Counted from the first letter of the stretch, positions 43,879 to 53,524 are shown. The stretch is 61,495 nucleotides of DNA from an uncultured Rhizobium sp. (GCA_964392845.1 CAYMRQ010000002.1:1-61495); one strand, 5' to 3'. The notes: generated by a model from the sequence alone, not told the origin. Program-made: numbers and translations.

Positions 43879-43977
43879 CTCGCCTATCTCTACCGCGATC
43901 GAAACGCGACCGAACGCATGTTCAGGTGGTTCAACGGTTTCGGGCGTATTGCCACCCGATATGAGCGCGAAGCCTAA
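43879..43977 (+). mobile_element. IS5-family (DDE) transposase C-terminal remnant
   Basis: It translates to LAYLYRDRNATERMFRWFNGFGRIATRYEREA*. The Y-x-x-RN-x-x-ER-x-F-x-x-x-K-x-F-R-R-IATRY-[DE] block is the conserved end of IS5/IS427-group transposases. No upstream part or inverted repeats are visible. Confidence 0.7.
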
Positions 43978-45215
43978 TTCGACGCTGCGAGTTGCTCAAG
44001 CGCCTGCGACATTACGGTCGCGATCGCCTTGTCGGTGGCAAGACGGACGCTGGCATTCTTCAGCCACTCCGCCGCCACCAGTGCCGCCTCATCCTCCAGC
44101 AGCACGAGTTGGTGCACGGCCGCTTCGAGCTGGCCCTGATCGAGGCTGCGTGCGGCCAGCGCGATGACTGCGGCGTTGCGATCAACCGCCGCCCCCGCGG
44201 AGGCAGTGGTCGTGAACAGCGACTGCACCCAACCCCAGGCTTGCGCGGTGATCGGCGGCCGGTTCGCCGCGGCCACCGCCGCCAGACGGGGGACTAGGAC
44301 GGCGGTGAAGTTATCGCGAAGCTCCGCGACCGTCGCCACCCCTTGATCGGCGTCGGCAGCAAGTCCTTTGAGGGTGGTCAGGAGATCCGCATTCTGGCCA
44401 GCCATCGCCTGCGCCGCGACAACCTCACGGGTGAACGGGTTTCCGGTCCGGGTCAGGTCGCGCAGCTGCAAGGCTGCCAGGAAGAACTTCTCGGGCCTGT
44501 GGTCGACTTTCTGCAACACGCCGATATCGGCCTCGACCGCGCCGAGGCGGGCGGTCAGGATATCGTTGAGGTCTCGTTCCGTTGCGGCGAGCTTGTCCTG
44601 AACCGTCTTCAGATCGCCATCGAATGTGGCCAACCTCGCGTCGAGCGCGTCGGCGCGGGACGCCGCCATTCGATCGGCATCCCCCGCCGCCGCGGCAAGA
44701 CGCTGATTTGCTTGCCTGAGGCCCGCTTCAACCGCATCGAGCCGCCGCGTCGCCGAGCCGCTTCCGACCACCGTCTCGACCGCCTCGAGACGAGCGGCGC
44801 CGTCAGCCGCATTGCTTTCGAGGGTGGCAATCGATTGCGCCGCCGCAGCCAGCCGATCGTCGATGTCGGCGCGACTTCCGGTTACCAAATTGACGATCTC
44901 GGAATCGCCCAGCGTTTGGGTCAGCCATGAGCGTGCCGGCGGCGGCATGACGGCCGACACAGCGATGAGGACTGCGAGAAATGCCAGCATCAGCGCCGAA
45001 ACCGCGAGACCGCGCCCGGGTGCGTTCCGTCGCAAGGCTCCCGACGCGGCGGATGAAACCGCTTCCAGGCCGAGCAATTCTTTGTTGCCGGGCGCCAGGG
45101 GTGCATTGTCCTGCGTCGGGACGGCGGCCGGGCGCAGGCTGCCGCTGGGGAACTGCCCGGCAAGCGTGGCCAGTGCCGCTTCGTCTACACCTGGTATCGG
45201 CCGCTTGCGGCTCAT
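43974..45215 (-). CDS. Mic60/mitofilin-like membrane protein (TM + long coiled coil + mitofilin-type C-terminal domain)
   Basis: TM LAVSALMLAFLAVLIAVSAV and an Ala/Asp/Leu-rich coiled coil. The C-terminus is ARSLDQGQLEAAVHQLVLLEDEAALVAAEWLKNASVRLATDKAIATV. The start overlaps the parA-like stop (ATGA). Confidence 0.65.
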   Translation of the reverse strand: MSRKRPIPGVDEAALATLAGQFPSGSLRPAAVPTQDNAPLAPGNKELLGLEAVSSAASGALRRNAPGRGLAVSALMLAFLAVLIAVSAVMPPPARSWLTQTLGDSEIVNLVTGSRADIDDRLAAAAQSIATLESNAADGAARLEAVETVVGSGSATRRLDAVEAGLRQANQRLAAAAGDADRMAASRADALDARLATFDGDLKTVQDKLAATERDLNDILTARLGAVEADIGVLQKVDHRPEKFFLAALQLRDLTRTGNPFTREVVAAQAMAGQNADLLTTLKGLAADADQGVATVAELRDNFTAVLVPRLAAVAAANRPPITAQAWGWVQSLFTTTASAGAAVDRNAAVIALAARSLDQGQLEAAVHQLVLLEDEAALVAAEWLKNASVRLATDKAIATVMSQALEQLAASN

Positions 45216-45913
45216 GTCAGTTCAACCTGGCGAGCAAGTTTTGTTACGTGGGCTGATGGCCGGACCCGCAACAGCCACTCGACCTCCTTGGCCAGCAACG
45301 CGACCTCCGCCGCCGCCGTGCTCGACGGAGAAAGGACGGTCGGCGAGGCGCCGTGAAAGGTTGCCTCCTGAAACAGCACGCGGTCGGTCAGCTGGGCAAC
45401 GAGCGGGTTGGTCTTGAGGGCGGCAAGCTGGGCGCGGGCGTGCGTCGCGACGGCCGATCGCTTTACCCGACAAAGAAATGTATGCGCCGGAATGGTTCGG
45501 CGGGTCAGCTGCGCCGCACTCTCGACGATCTTGCAGGTACGCGCCGCTTCGAAGACGTTGGCCTCATCGGTCATCGCCGGGATCAATACCAGATCGGCCG
45601 CGCCGATGGCAAAGACCATTGCCTGATTGCCGAACCCGGCACAGTCGACCAGCACAAGGTCGCGGCCGCGCGCCAACTCGCCGATCGTCGGGATGATCGC
45701 GTACTCGTCGAGTTCGGTCCGCAGGGTCATCTCCGACAGGACGTTGCCCTTGGCGTGCCAGCGGGTCAGCGTTCGATTGGGATCCGCATCGAGGAGGGCG
45801 ACCTTTCGTCCGGCTTTGTGCCAATAAACCGCGAGGCAGGCGATCGTCGTCGATTTCCCCGCCCCTCCCTTGGCAGTGGCGGCGACCAGGACCTTCGCCA
45901 TCGGATCTGCCAT
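45212..45913 (-). CDS. ParA/MinD-family P-loop ATPase
   Basis: Deviant Walker A KVLVAATAKGGAGKSTT, LLDADPNRT and the VLVDCAG switch region. 233 aa. Confidence 0.88.
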   Translation of the reverse strand: MADPMAKVLVAATAKGGAGKSTTIACLAVYWHKAGRKVALLDADPNRTLTRWHAKGNVLSEMTLRTELDEYAIIPTIGELARGRDLVLVDCAGFGNQAMVFAIGAADLVLIPAMTDEANVFEAARTCKIVESAAQLTRRTIPAHTFLCRVKRSAVATHARAQLAALKTNPLVAQLTDRVLFQEATFHGASPTVLSPSSTAAAEVALLAKEVEWLLRVRPSAHVTKLARQVELT

Positions 45914-46433
45914 CTTACACCAACCGCCGCTTCATTTAGGACAACCAGCGCCGATAAGAATGTAGATCGATCTTCCCTTGCCAATCGGACAATCTGACTG
46001 ATCAAGGCCAAACGAACACCGTCGCCAAGTCTTTGACCAAAGACATTCGGCGAGATGCGGTGCCAATACTGGCCGAAATCCCCGATGCACCACTTTGCCC
46101 TCCTGATTTGACAACTTTAGCATGGGTCCGGCGGCACAGCGAAGCGTTTTTGGGTGACTCGCGAAACCGGCCGGGGCAACGACGGAGAGCAAAAAATGTG
46201 TACGATGGCCGTTGGCATCGTCAAGGAGTGATCGCCCCTGCATCGCGCTTGTCGAGAGACAACCGGATCGGTATGGATCGGATTACCTTGCTGACCACGG
46301 AGCTGCGCCGAAGGGGCCCGCCCGAGCAGGGGATCTTGCCGTGTGCGACGCCCCGATTGGTGCAGGGCCATGCCGAAGGCGCCGCCCGAGCGAGGGCGCA
46401 AATGACGGAGCAAGCAATCGCAGCGTGGGTGCG

Positions 46434-47651
46434 ATGGGGATGGCGATGCCGATATTTGGGCCGGTATTTGGGCCGATACTTGGAAAGCAAGGACAGAGGT
46501 TCCGAAGGAGGCGCGTAACCCTCGCGGCACTCGGGCTGGCGCTGCTGGTGATCGCGGGGCTCGCCGGGTGGTCGTCGGCAATGCCCGCATCGGCGCAGCC
46601 GAAGCAACCGGAAGCCCGCTCCGATGTTGTCCCCGGCGGCGGCGAGCAGGCGACGCCGCCAAGCGTCGATCTCAGCGACCGCCAGCAGCTGCTGATCGTC
46701 GGCTCAACCACCCTGGAGGATGTCACCGACGCGGTAATCGAGCGCTTGCGCCGCGATTACGAGATGCCGGAGCCGACCAGGCGATTCGAAGGCACGAGGG
46801 TGGGCATCGCCGCGTTTTGCGCCGGCATCGGTCCCGAACATCCGGATATCGTCGCGGCGACCGACCGGATGAGCCACGCCGAGTTCGAGACCTGTGTCGA
46901 GAACAACGTGCGCGATGTCATCGAGGTCAAAATCGGCAAAAGCGCGGTCCTCGTCGCCACCAAAAAGGGCGATCCCGTCTTCAACCTGACGCCGCGGATG
47001 GTCTATTTCGGGCTCGCCGAGCAGATCCCGATCAATGGAGAATTCGCGGTCAATCCGAACAAATCCTGGAACGAGGTCAACAAGGACGCGCCGGACCTGC
47101 CGATTAACGTCATCATCCCGGCCAAGGGCTCGGGTACGCGCAGCTTCTTCGACGACAACTTCATGCAGGGCGGCTGCCGCCACGTTAAGGCGATCGACGC
47201 CATCTTCGCCGCCGCCGACAGGGTGCCGCTGTGTATTACGCTGCGCGATGACGGGCTGGTCAGCCAGCCGGCCGAAAACCAAATCGTCGACGCGCTGACA
47301 AAGGCGCCGCGGGGAACCCTGGCAGTCGTCGCCTGGCTGGTCTATCACAGGAACGAAGACAAGCTGGAGGCGCTGCCGATCGACCGCGTCCCGCCGACCC
47401 ACGAGAACATAGGAAGCGATACTTACGAAATGAGCTCGACGGTACGGTTTTACTTCAAGCGAGCGCATATGCGGAACAAGGCCGGGCGCGGCGTGGTGCG
47501 CGGCATCCGCGAGTTCATGGCGGAGATCATCAAGGACGAGGCGTCCGGTGAGGAGGGCTATCTCGAGAAGCTGGGCATGGTGTACCTGGAGCCGGACGAC
47601 CGGCGCGCCCAGCGAGCCAATGTGCGCCGTCTGAAGCGGTTCGCACCGTAG
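46434..47651 (+). CDS. PstS-like (PBP_like_2) periplasmic substrate-binding-domain protein with an N-terminal TM/signal anchor
   Basis: LLIVGSTTLEDVTDAVIERL...IIPAKGSGTRSFF is the PstS-type fold signature. The start is uncertain (ATG 46434 or nearby). Confidence 0.65.
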   Translation: MGMAMPIFGPVFGPILGKQGQRFRRRRVTLAALGLALLVIAGLAGWSSAMPASAQPKQPEARSDVVPGGGEQATPPSVDLSDRQQLLIVGSTTLEDVTDAVIERLRRDYEMPEPTRRFEGTRVGIAAFCAGIGPEHPDIVAATDRMSHAEFETCVENNVRDVIEVKIGKSAVLVATKKGDPVFNLTPRMVYFGLAEQIPINGEFAVNPNKSWNEVNKDAPDLPINVIIPAKGSGTRSFFDDNFMQGGCRHVKAIDAIFAAADRVPLCITLRDDGLVSQPAENQIVDALTKAPRGTLAVVAWLVYHRNEDKLEALPIDRVPPTHENIGSDTYEMSSTVRFYFKRAHMRNKAGRGVVRGIREFMAEIIKDEASGEEGYLEKLGMVYLEPDDRRAQRANVRRLKRFAP

Positions 47652-47716
47652 ACAATTGCCCCTCGCTCTGAGGTGAAGAATCGCTGTGCCATTGCGGCGC
47701 CCCGCACGTCGCGCCG

Positions 47717-47743
47717 CCCGCATCGGCGGGCCGCCGATGCGGG
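47717..47743. terminator. Perfect 13-bp inverted repeat between convergent genes (putative terminator hairpin)
   Basis: cccgcatcggcgg-g-ccgccgatgcggg, between the stops at 47651 (+) and 47756 (-). Confidence 0.5.
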
Positions 47744-47755
47744 GCATGAGAGCGA

Positions 47756-48889
47756 TCAGTGGAAGGTGACGATCGTCGGGTTGGAAAACTTGCTGCGGGT
47801 TACCGGTACATCGTCGCGCCAGGCGAGGTGGAAGTAGAGGGCCGCGATCTCGGCGTAATTCTCGAAGTTCGCCGCTTCCTCGCGCGCCCTCCGTTCCAAC
47901 CGGGCAGCGGCTTCCTTATCGCCCGCGAGCTTCTTCGCCTCCGCCCACAGGGCAAGCGCCGTCGAGCTTTGTGGATTGGCCTCGACCGCCTTCGCCAACA
48001 TTTTGTCGGCGCCCGGAAGGTCGCGCAGGCCCATCCGCGCCGCCCCCCAGGTCATATAGGCGGTGGCGAGCAGCACCTTGCTTGTCGGCGGCGCGATGCG
48101 CACCAGCTCCGCCATGCGATCGGCCGCCTTGTGGTAGTCGTTCAACTGTATATCGGTGAGCGCCGCGTTGAGAAAGGCCACCGGGTTGGTGGGGTCACCG
48201 AACATCGCGGCGTCGAACGCCTTCCGCGCGGCTTGCGGATCGTTTTTGAACAGCGCGATGAGGCCGAGCAAATTGTCGAACAGCGCCCGGTCAAAGCTGG
48301 TGGGGGTCGCCGGCAGCAGCGACTTGGCCTGCTCGATGAGTGCGACGGCGTCGGTGAAGTCATTGTCCGCCGCGTGCTTTTGCAGCAGGTGGAGCGCGGT
48401 GGAGTAGGGCGCAAGCTGGGAGGCGCTCCACAAGGCGCAGCGTTGCACAAAGGCGATCAGGACTTCTCCCTCATGGGGGATCATGACTTGATGGATATTT
48501 CCTATCACGTGGCTATAGCCGTGGACCAGGCCGCGCAGCGCGCCCTTGTCGACAAACAGAGTGAACCGGATGTTGTCGGGCTTGAACCCGAACTGGCGTT
48601 GGAGGGCAAAGGCGATCTTCTGCGCGTTGACGGCCTCCGCCAGCGCCATGCCGAGCCCCTGCTCGTCTCGTGACCGGATTTCCGGCGGCCGAACCAACGA
48701 CAGAGTCGATGAGATCGCGTCGAACTGGTCCTGGAATTCGGCCGCAAGCGTGTTCTCGTCTACGGAAATGGTCTCGATCTTCGGCGCGATCGACACTTCG
48801 ATGGAGACGCTGCCGGAATTTATCACCGAGTCGGCCGCCAACAGGCCGAGCGCGAGCATTACTGCGATGGCAATCGTCGTCAAATCCAC
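47756..48889 (-). CDS. Membrane-anchored TPR-containing protein (tandem paralog A)
   Basis: N-terminal TM MDLTTIAIAVMLALGLLAA and C-terminal TPR-like helices (DPQAARKAFDAAMFGDPTNPVAFLNAAL...). It aligns along its whole length with 49117-50259. Confidence 0.75.
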   Translation of the reverse strand: MDLTTIAIAVMLALGLLAADSVINSGSVSIEVSIAPKIETISVDENTLAAEFQDQFDAISSTLSLVRPPEIRSRDEQGLGMALAEAVNAQKIAFALQRQFGFKPDNIRFTLFVDKGALRGLVHGYSHVIGNIHQVMIPHEGEVLIAFVQRCALWSASQLAPYSTALHLLQKHAADNDFTDAVALIEQAKSLLPATPTSFDRALFDNLLGLIALFKNDPQAARKAFDAAMFGDPTNPVAFLNAALTDIQLNDYHKAADRMAELVRIAPPTSKVLLATAYMTWGAARMGLRDLPGADKMLAKAVEANPQSSTALALWAEAKKLAGDKEAAARLERRAREEAANFENYAEIAALYFHLAWRDDVPVTRSKFSNPTIVTFH

Positions 48890-49116
48890 GTCACTGATCC
48901 CGGCAGCCTTGGACCGCCCAAGCCGCGTCGCGTCGCTGCTGGCTTATCGGCAGCGACCTCGGTCACGCAGCAACGCAACCATAGCCAATCACAACGATGA
49001 GTTAAATACGGTTCACGCGACAACCGGCGCCGTGCACCTGCGGAAAACCGCGCCGGCACGGCTTGATGGCCGCCTTCCACCGCCTCAGCCGAGATCGTCA
49101 AAGCGCACGACGGCGA

Positions 49117-50259
49117 TCAATGTAAGGTAACGACCCTCGGGTTCGAGAACTTGTTGCGGATGATTGGTTCCTTGTCACGCCAGGAAAGGTTGAAGTAGAG
49201 GGCCGCGACCTCCTCAAAGTTCGCGAAGGTCGCCGAGGCCTCGCCCGCCAGAAGGTTCAACCGGTCGGCAGCCGCTTGATTGCCCTCTAAACTCTTCACC
49301 GCCGCCCACAGGGCAAACGCTGCAGCGCTTTGCGGGTTGACCTCGACCGTCTTCGCCAACATTCGGTCGGCGCCCGGGAGGTCGCGCAGAGCTAACCGCG
49401 CCGCTCCCCAGGTCATGTAGGCGGTCGCGAGCAGCACCTTGTTTTCCGGCGGCGCGATACGCACCAGCTCTGCCATGCGATCGGCCGCCTTCTGATTGTC
49501 GTCCAGCAGCAGATCGGTGAACGCCGCGTTGAGGAAGGGCACCGGGTTGGTGGGGTCCGCGAACATCGCGGCGTCGAACGCCTTGCGGGCGGCTTGCGGA
49601 TCGTTCTTGAACAACGCGACAAGGCCGAGCAAGTTGTCGAACAACGCACGATCAAAGCTGGTGGGCGTCGGCGGCAGCAGCGCCTTGGCGTCCTCGACGA
49701 GGGTGACCAGTTCGGTGAAATCCTTGTCGGAGGAGTGTTTCTGCAGGAAGTAGAGTGCGGTGGAATAGGGCGCGAGTTGCGAGGCTGCCCACAAGGCGCA
49801 GCGTTGGGCGAAGGCGATCACGGTTTCACCGGGATCGGGGACCATGACCTGACCGAAATTTCCGAATCGCTGGCTCTGGCCGCTGACAAAGCCGCGCAGC
49901 GCGCCGTCCTGGGAGAAGAGGGTAAACCGGATCGTGTCGGGCTTGTATCCGAATTCGTGTTGCAGGGCATAGGCGATGTTCTGCACGTTGACCGCCTTGG
50001 CCAGCGCCATGCCGACGCCCTGATCGCGCTTTGACCGGATTTCCGGGTGGGCAATCGTGGGAACCACCGAAAAGGTCTGGACGATCGTGTTGAGCTGATT
50101 CTGGAACACCGCCGCGAGGCTGGGCTCGTCGATGGAAATTTTCTCGATCCTTGGCGCGATGCCCACTTCGACGGCGACGCTGCCGGCTTTGATGACGGTG
50201 TCGGTCGCCAACACACCGAGCGCGAGCAATACCGCAACGGCGAGCGTCGTCAAATCCAT
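49117..50259 (-). CDS. Membrane-anchored TPR-containing protein (tandem paralog B)
   Basis: MDLTTLAVAVLLALGVLAT... Blocks identical to paralog A include LFDNLLGL.ALFKNDPQAARKAFDAAMF.DPTNPV and ADRMAELVRIAPP. Start set by alignment to the paralog. Confidence 0.75.
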   Translation of the reverse strand: MDLTTLAVAVLLALGVLATDTVIKAGSVAVEVGIAPRIEKISIDEPSLAAVFQNQLNTIVQTFSVVPTIAHPEIRSKRDQGVGMALAKAVNVQNIAYALQHEFGYKPDTIRFTLFSQDGALRGFVSGQSQRFGNFGQVMVPDPGETVIAFAQRCALWAASQLAPYSTALYFLQKHSSDKDFTELVTLVEDAKALLPPTPTSFDRALFDNLLGLVALFKNDPQAARKAFDAAMFADPTNPVPFLNAAFTDLLLDDNQKAADRMAELVRIAPPENKVLLATAYMTWGAARLALRDLPGADRMLAKTVEVNPQSAAAFALWAAVKSLEGNQAAADRLNLLAGEASATFANFEEVAALYFNLSWRDKEPIIRNKFSNPRVVTLH

Positions 50260-50723
50260 GTTACCGATCCCGACAACATTGGGCCGTCCGGGCAACCATA
50301 GCGAATGACAGCGGGGTAATAAATATCAGGTTGGGCGATGACTTCCAGCGTATGCCCCCTCTTACGTATGTCCGGGCGAAGCGTGGTGAGCGGCATCCGC
50401 CGGCTCATGGCCGGCGATCACACGGATGGGAGGGGGCGAGGGCGTCTTTTGGCTGAACTCGGCGCATCGGATTTTTTCAGCTTGCGGCTTGCGGAGAGCA
50501 ACGCTGCCGGGTAATGGATCACCTTGACGAGGTTGCCCTACTCGCCCTTAAAGGGGCACCGGGCGGTGGAGCGGTGGCCGGATACGCCCGCCAGCCGCGG
50601 ACAGGGGCGATAGCGATATCGATGCCAGCGCGTCTCGCGATCGCGGGATGGGTGATCGACCGCGGCGCCAGCACCAAACCCGGGCTGCGATGCAAGTTGC
50701 GGCTGTAATGGGAGACTGGTTCG

Positions 50724-51353
50724 ATGACCCGCTACACCAGGGGAGTGCGGCTGCTACAAGCTGTCGCGCTGATCTTGACTGTATCCCACCCGCGTGATGC
50801 CGCAGCGGGGCTTGAGGACGTGGCCAACTCGCTGCAGGAGACGGTCTCGGACTTCATCAATGACTTCTTCCCATCGTTTACCAAGTCGACGGTGGCGTCG
50901 GTGACGAAGGTGAAGCCGAAAACCGTCGTTCATGGCATGGACGTCGGGGGCCATTTCTTGGAACACCTCTCAGATGCCGGCTACGCGTTGAGCGAGATCC
51001 ACATGTCGGTCGGCCTGATCCCTGATGTCAAGCTGACGTTCCAAATTGTCCGGGAGCTGTCGGAAGCCGACCGCACCGCGCTCGAACGCAGCCTCGAGAT
51101 CGACGACAAGCGGGTGCCGGGAGTGACCGCGATGGCCCACCGGCAAATCATCCGCACCCTCCTGGCGATCTCCAAGTCGGAGGAGATGCGGGTCAGCAAG
51201 TTGGTCATCGGCATCCTGCCCCTGCCTTCAGCGGAATTCTCCATCGAGCCTGCCGAAGCGCCGCTGAGCGAGGAGCACGGCGCCCTATATCGTGCGATCA
51301 AGAGCAAGACGGCCGAGAAGGCAGAGGATCACAAGAAGCCGCCGCCGAAATAG
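50724..51353 (+). CDS. Hypothetical secreted protein
   Basis: 209 aa with a signal-like N-terminus (LLQAVALILTVSHPRDAAA) and balanced composition. No motif recognised. Confidence 0.5.
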   Translation: MTRYTRGVRLLQAVALILTVSHPRDAAAGLEDVANSLQETVSDFINDFFPSFTKSTVASVTKVKPKTVVHGMDVGGHFLEHLSDAGYALSEIHMSVGLIPDVKLTFQIVRELSEADRTALERSLEIDDKRVPGVTAMAHRQIIRTLLAISKSEEMRVSKLVIGILPLPSAEFSIEPAEAPLSEEHGALYRAIKSKTAEKAEDHKKPPPK

Positions 51354-51386
51354 GGCCGCGCCGCCAATCGGAGCGCGGCCGGCGCG

Positions 51387-52175
51387 CTATCCCGACGGGG
51401 ATTTCGCGAACGCCACATAGGCGCTCGGCGCGATCCCGTAATCGCCGCCGAACGGATAGCTCAGCTTCAAGATCACCAGAAAAATCGACATCGTCACCGT
51501 TGCCACCAGGGTCGACATGATAAGCGGCGCAACGAGGCTCGGGCTGCCGAAGAACCAGGGGAAGATGATACAGATCAATGTGCCGACGGCCGCAACCCCC
51601 CACAAGAGCGGGGTCAGCGCACCGAGACTGAGGCGAATTCGGGCGCCGCGATGGTTGCGCACGACATCGAGCATCTGCAACGAATATTGAAAGGCCGATA
51701 TTTCCTTTTCGGTCTGCGGCTCTATTGCGAGATACGTATAGTACAAGTCGTCGAGAGCGGCCGAGCTCTCGAAGCTCAGCAAACGCGCCTGCATCCGCGG
51801 CCACTCGAGGTCGGCAACCGAACTTGCATAGTCGCGCAACTCCCTGCGCAGCTGGTTTCTCGTGTCTCTCGGATAGGCGCTGGCGATGCGATCGAGCGTG
51901 GTCAGCGCATTGACCTCGACGATGATATCCGAGCGTACATCATCGTATTTCTGATAGACGCCAAACAGCAGCAATCCGATGTAGCCGGCATACACGGACG
52001 ACAGAAACGCATATTTGAAGCCGCCGATGATGTTGTTGACAACGAGTTGACCGGGAGTGACGTAATAATTGACGATCAGCGTGCCCAGTACCGTGATTGC
52101 GATGCCGCCGCCGATCGTAAGCACGGCGCCGGTGCCGACCGGAAGGTCATTCAGCCATTGTATGAGGCGCATCAT
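51387..52175 (-). CDS. DUF4239-like membrane protein (paralog A)
   Basis: It has two N-terminal TMs, a helical middle region (EVNALTTLDRIASAYP...LRDYASSVADLEWP) and two C-terminal TMs ending LKLSYPFGGDYGI.PSAY. It is colinear with 52698-53492. Confidence 0.65.
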   Translation of the reverse strand: MMRLIQWLNDLPVGTGAVLTIGGGIAITVLGTLIVNYYVTPGQLVVNNIIGGFKYAFLSSVYAGYIGLLLFGVYQKYDDVRSDIIVEVNALTTLDRIASAYPRDTRNQLRRELRDYASSVADLEWPRMQARLLSFESSAALDDLYYTYLAIEPQTEKEISAFQYSLQMLDVVRNHRGARIRLSLGALTPLLWGVAAVGTLICIIFPWFFGSPSLVAPLIMSTLVATVTMSIFLVILKLSYPFGGDYGIAPSAYVAFAKSPSG

Positions 52176-52443
52176 CCCTTGCGATCCCTCTCACCGCCAC
52201 CCACCAGCACCGCGACGATCCGGCACTGTCGGGGCGCCGGTTGCGTTCCTTCCGCGAGTGCCGACAACCCAGGCAATTGTTCTTGAGATCAGATGATGTG
52301 ACAACCGGAAACTGGCGTTGGTCCCACGCTGATCCCGCCCGCCGCTTCCCGGGGTGGCGGTGCGGCGATCAAATAGGGCAGATTTGCCGGCGCACCGTTG
52401 TGCGCCATGGGCTGTGCCGGCCGAACCGGCGGGAGCGCGTTTC

Positions 52444-52632
52444 ATGATCAACGAATCGGTGCGCTGCCCGGATTGCGGCCACTGCGGCTATATCGTCGCG
52501 ACCGGGGCCGCAGATCTTGAGGAATTCGTGGCGACAATCTGCCACTACTGCGGACACATCCTCGATCGCGACGGGCTTGCCGAATGCCTCGCACGGTGCG
52601 ACGCCGAGCGCAACACGGGCAAGCCCAAATAG
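52444..52632 (+). CDS. Small zinc-ribbon protein (CxxC...CxxC)
   Basis: 62 aa with CPDCGHC at the N-terminus and CHYCGH 28 residues later. It lies between the two DUF4239-like genes on the opposite strand. Confidence 0.4.
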   Translation: MINESVRCPDCGHCGYIVATGAADLEEFVATICHYCGHILDRDGLAECLARCDAERNTGKPK

Positions 52633-52697
52633 GGTATGCCGCTTGCCGCGGCGGACGGGTCACGAACGGCAAGATCACCCCGAGGGTGGAAGCCGCT

Positions 52698-53492
52698 CTA
52701 ACTCCCGCGCGCAGAGACTTCCTCGATAAACGCCGAGTACGGCGTCGGAAGGATGCCGTAGTCACCGCTGAACGGATAGCTCAGCTTGAGGACGACCAGC
52801 ACCACGGACGCCATCTGCAGAGTGGACAGGATGGACATCAGCATCGCTGCGTTGACGTTCGGGCTGCCAAACACCCAGGGGAAGACGATCGCGACTGCCG
52901 TGCCCGTGAGGGTCACCCCCCAGAGCAGGACCTGGAGAGCTCCCAGGCTGCGAAGGAAGCGAACACCACGGTTATCCCTGATATCGCCCAGTATTTTATG
53001 CGAGTATTTTAGCACCACCCGCTGTTTGCGAGTCGTCGGCTCCACTGCGCCATAGGCATAATCGAGGGTGTCGAGCGCAGAAATCACGGTCATGCGGGCG
53101 GTGCGGCCGCGCAATTGCGGCCACTCCACGTCGACCACCTGACGCGCATATTCCTTGAGCTCTTCTCGCAGCCGGATTCTTGTCGCGGCAGGAAACGCAA
53201 CGGCGAGCCGATCCAGCGTCGTAAGCTCGGTCACCTCGCCGATGACGGCGGCGCGCGTCTTGTCGTAACGATTGTAAACGCCGAACAGCAAAAAGCCGAG
53301 AAAACCTGCGTAAATTCCCGCAATAAACAAGTACTCGAAACCGCCGACAATGTTGTTGAGACTGAGCTGCTGCTCACCGAAGAATATTCTGGAAACCGCC
53401 GTCCCGATGATCGACAGCGCGATCGACCCGCCAACCAGGACGAGGACGCTTGCCCATAACGGCAGATCGTTGAGCCACAGAATCGCGGCCAT
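52698..53492 (-). CDS. DUF4239-like membrane protein (paralog B)
   Basis: MAAILWLNDLPLW... EVTELTTLDRLAVAFP...LKEYARQVVDVEWP... LKLSYPFSGDYGILPTPY. Confidence 0.65.
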   Translation of the reverse strand: MAAILWLNDLPLWASVLVLVGGSIALSIIGTAVSRIFFGEQQLSLNNIVGGFEYLFIAGIYAGFLGFLLFGVYNRYDKTRAAVIGEVTELTTLDRLAVAFPAATRIRLREELKEYARQVVDVEWPQLRGRTARMTVISALDTLDYAYGAVEPTTRKQRVVLKYSHKILGDIRDNRGVRFLRSLGALQVLLWGVTLTGTAVAIVFPWVFGSPNVNAAMLMSILSTLQMASVVLVVLKLSYPFSGDYGILPTPYSAFIEEVSARGS

Positions 53493-53524
53493 GGTCGTCG
53501 GTCCCGCCCCACGAACAACCAGCT

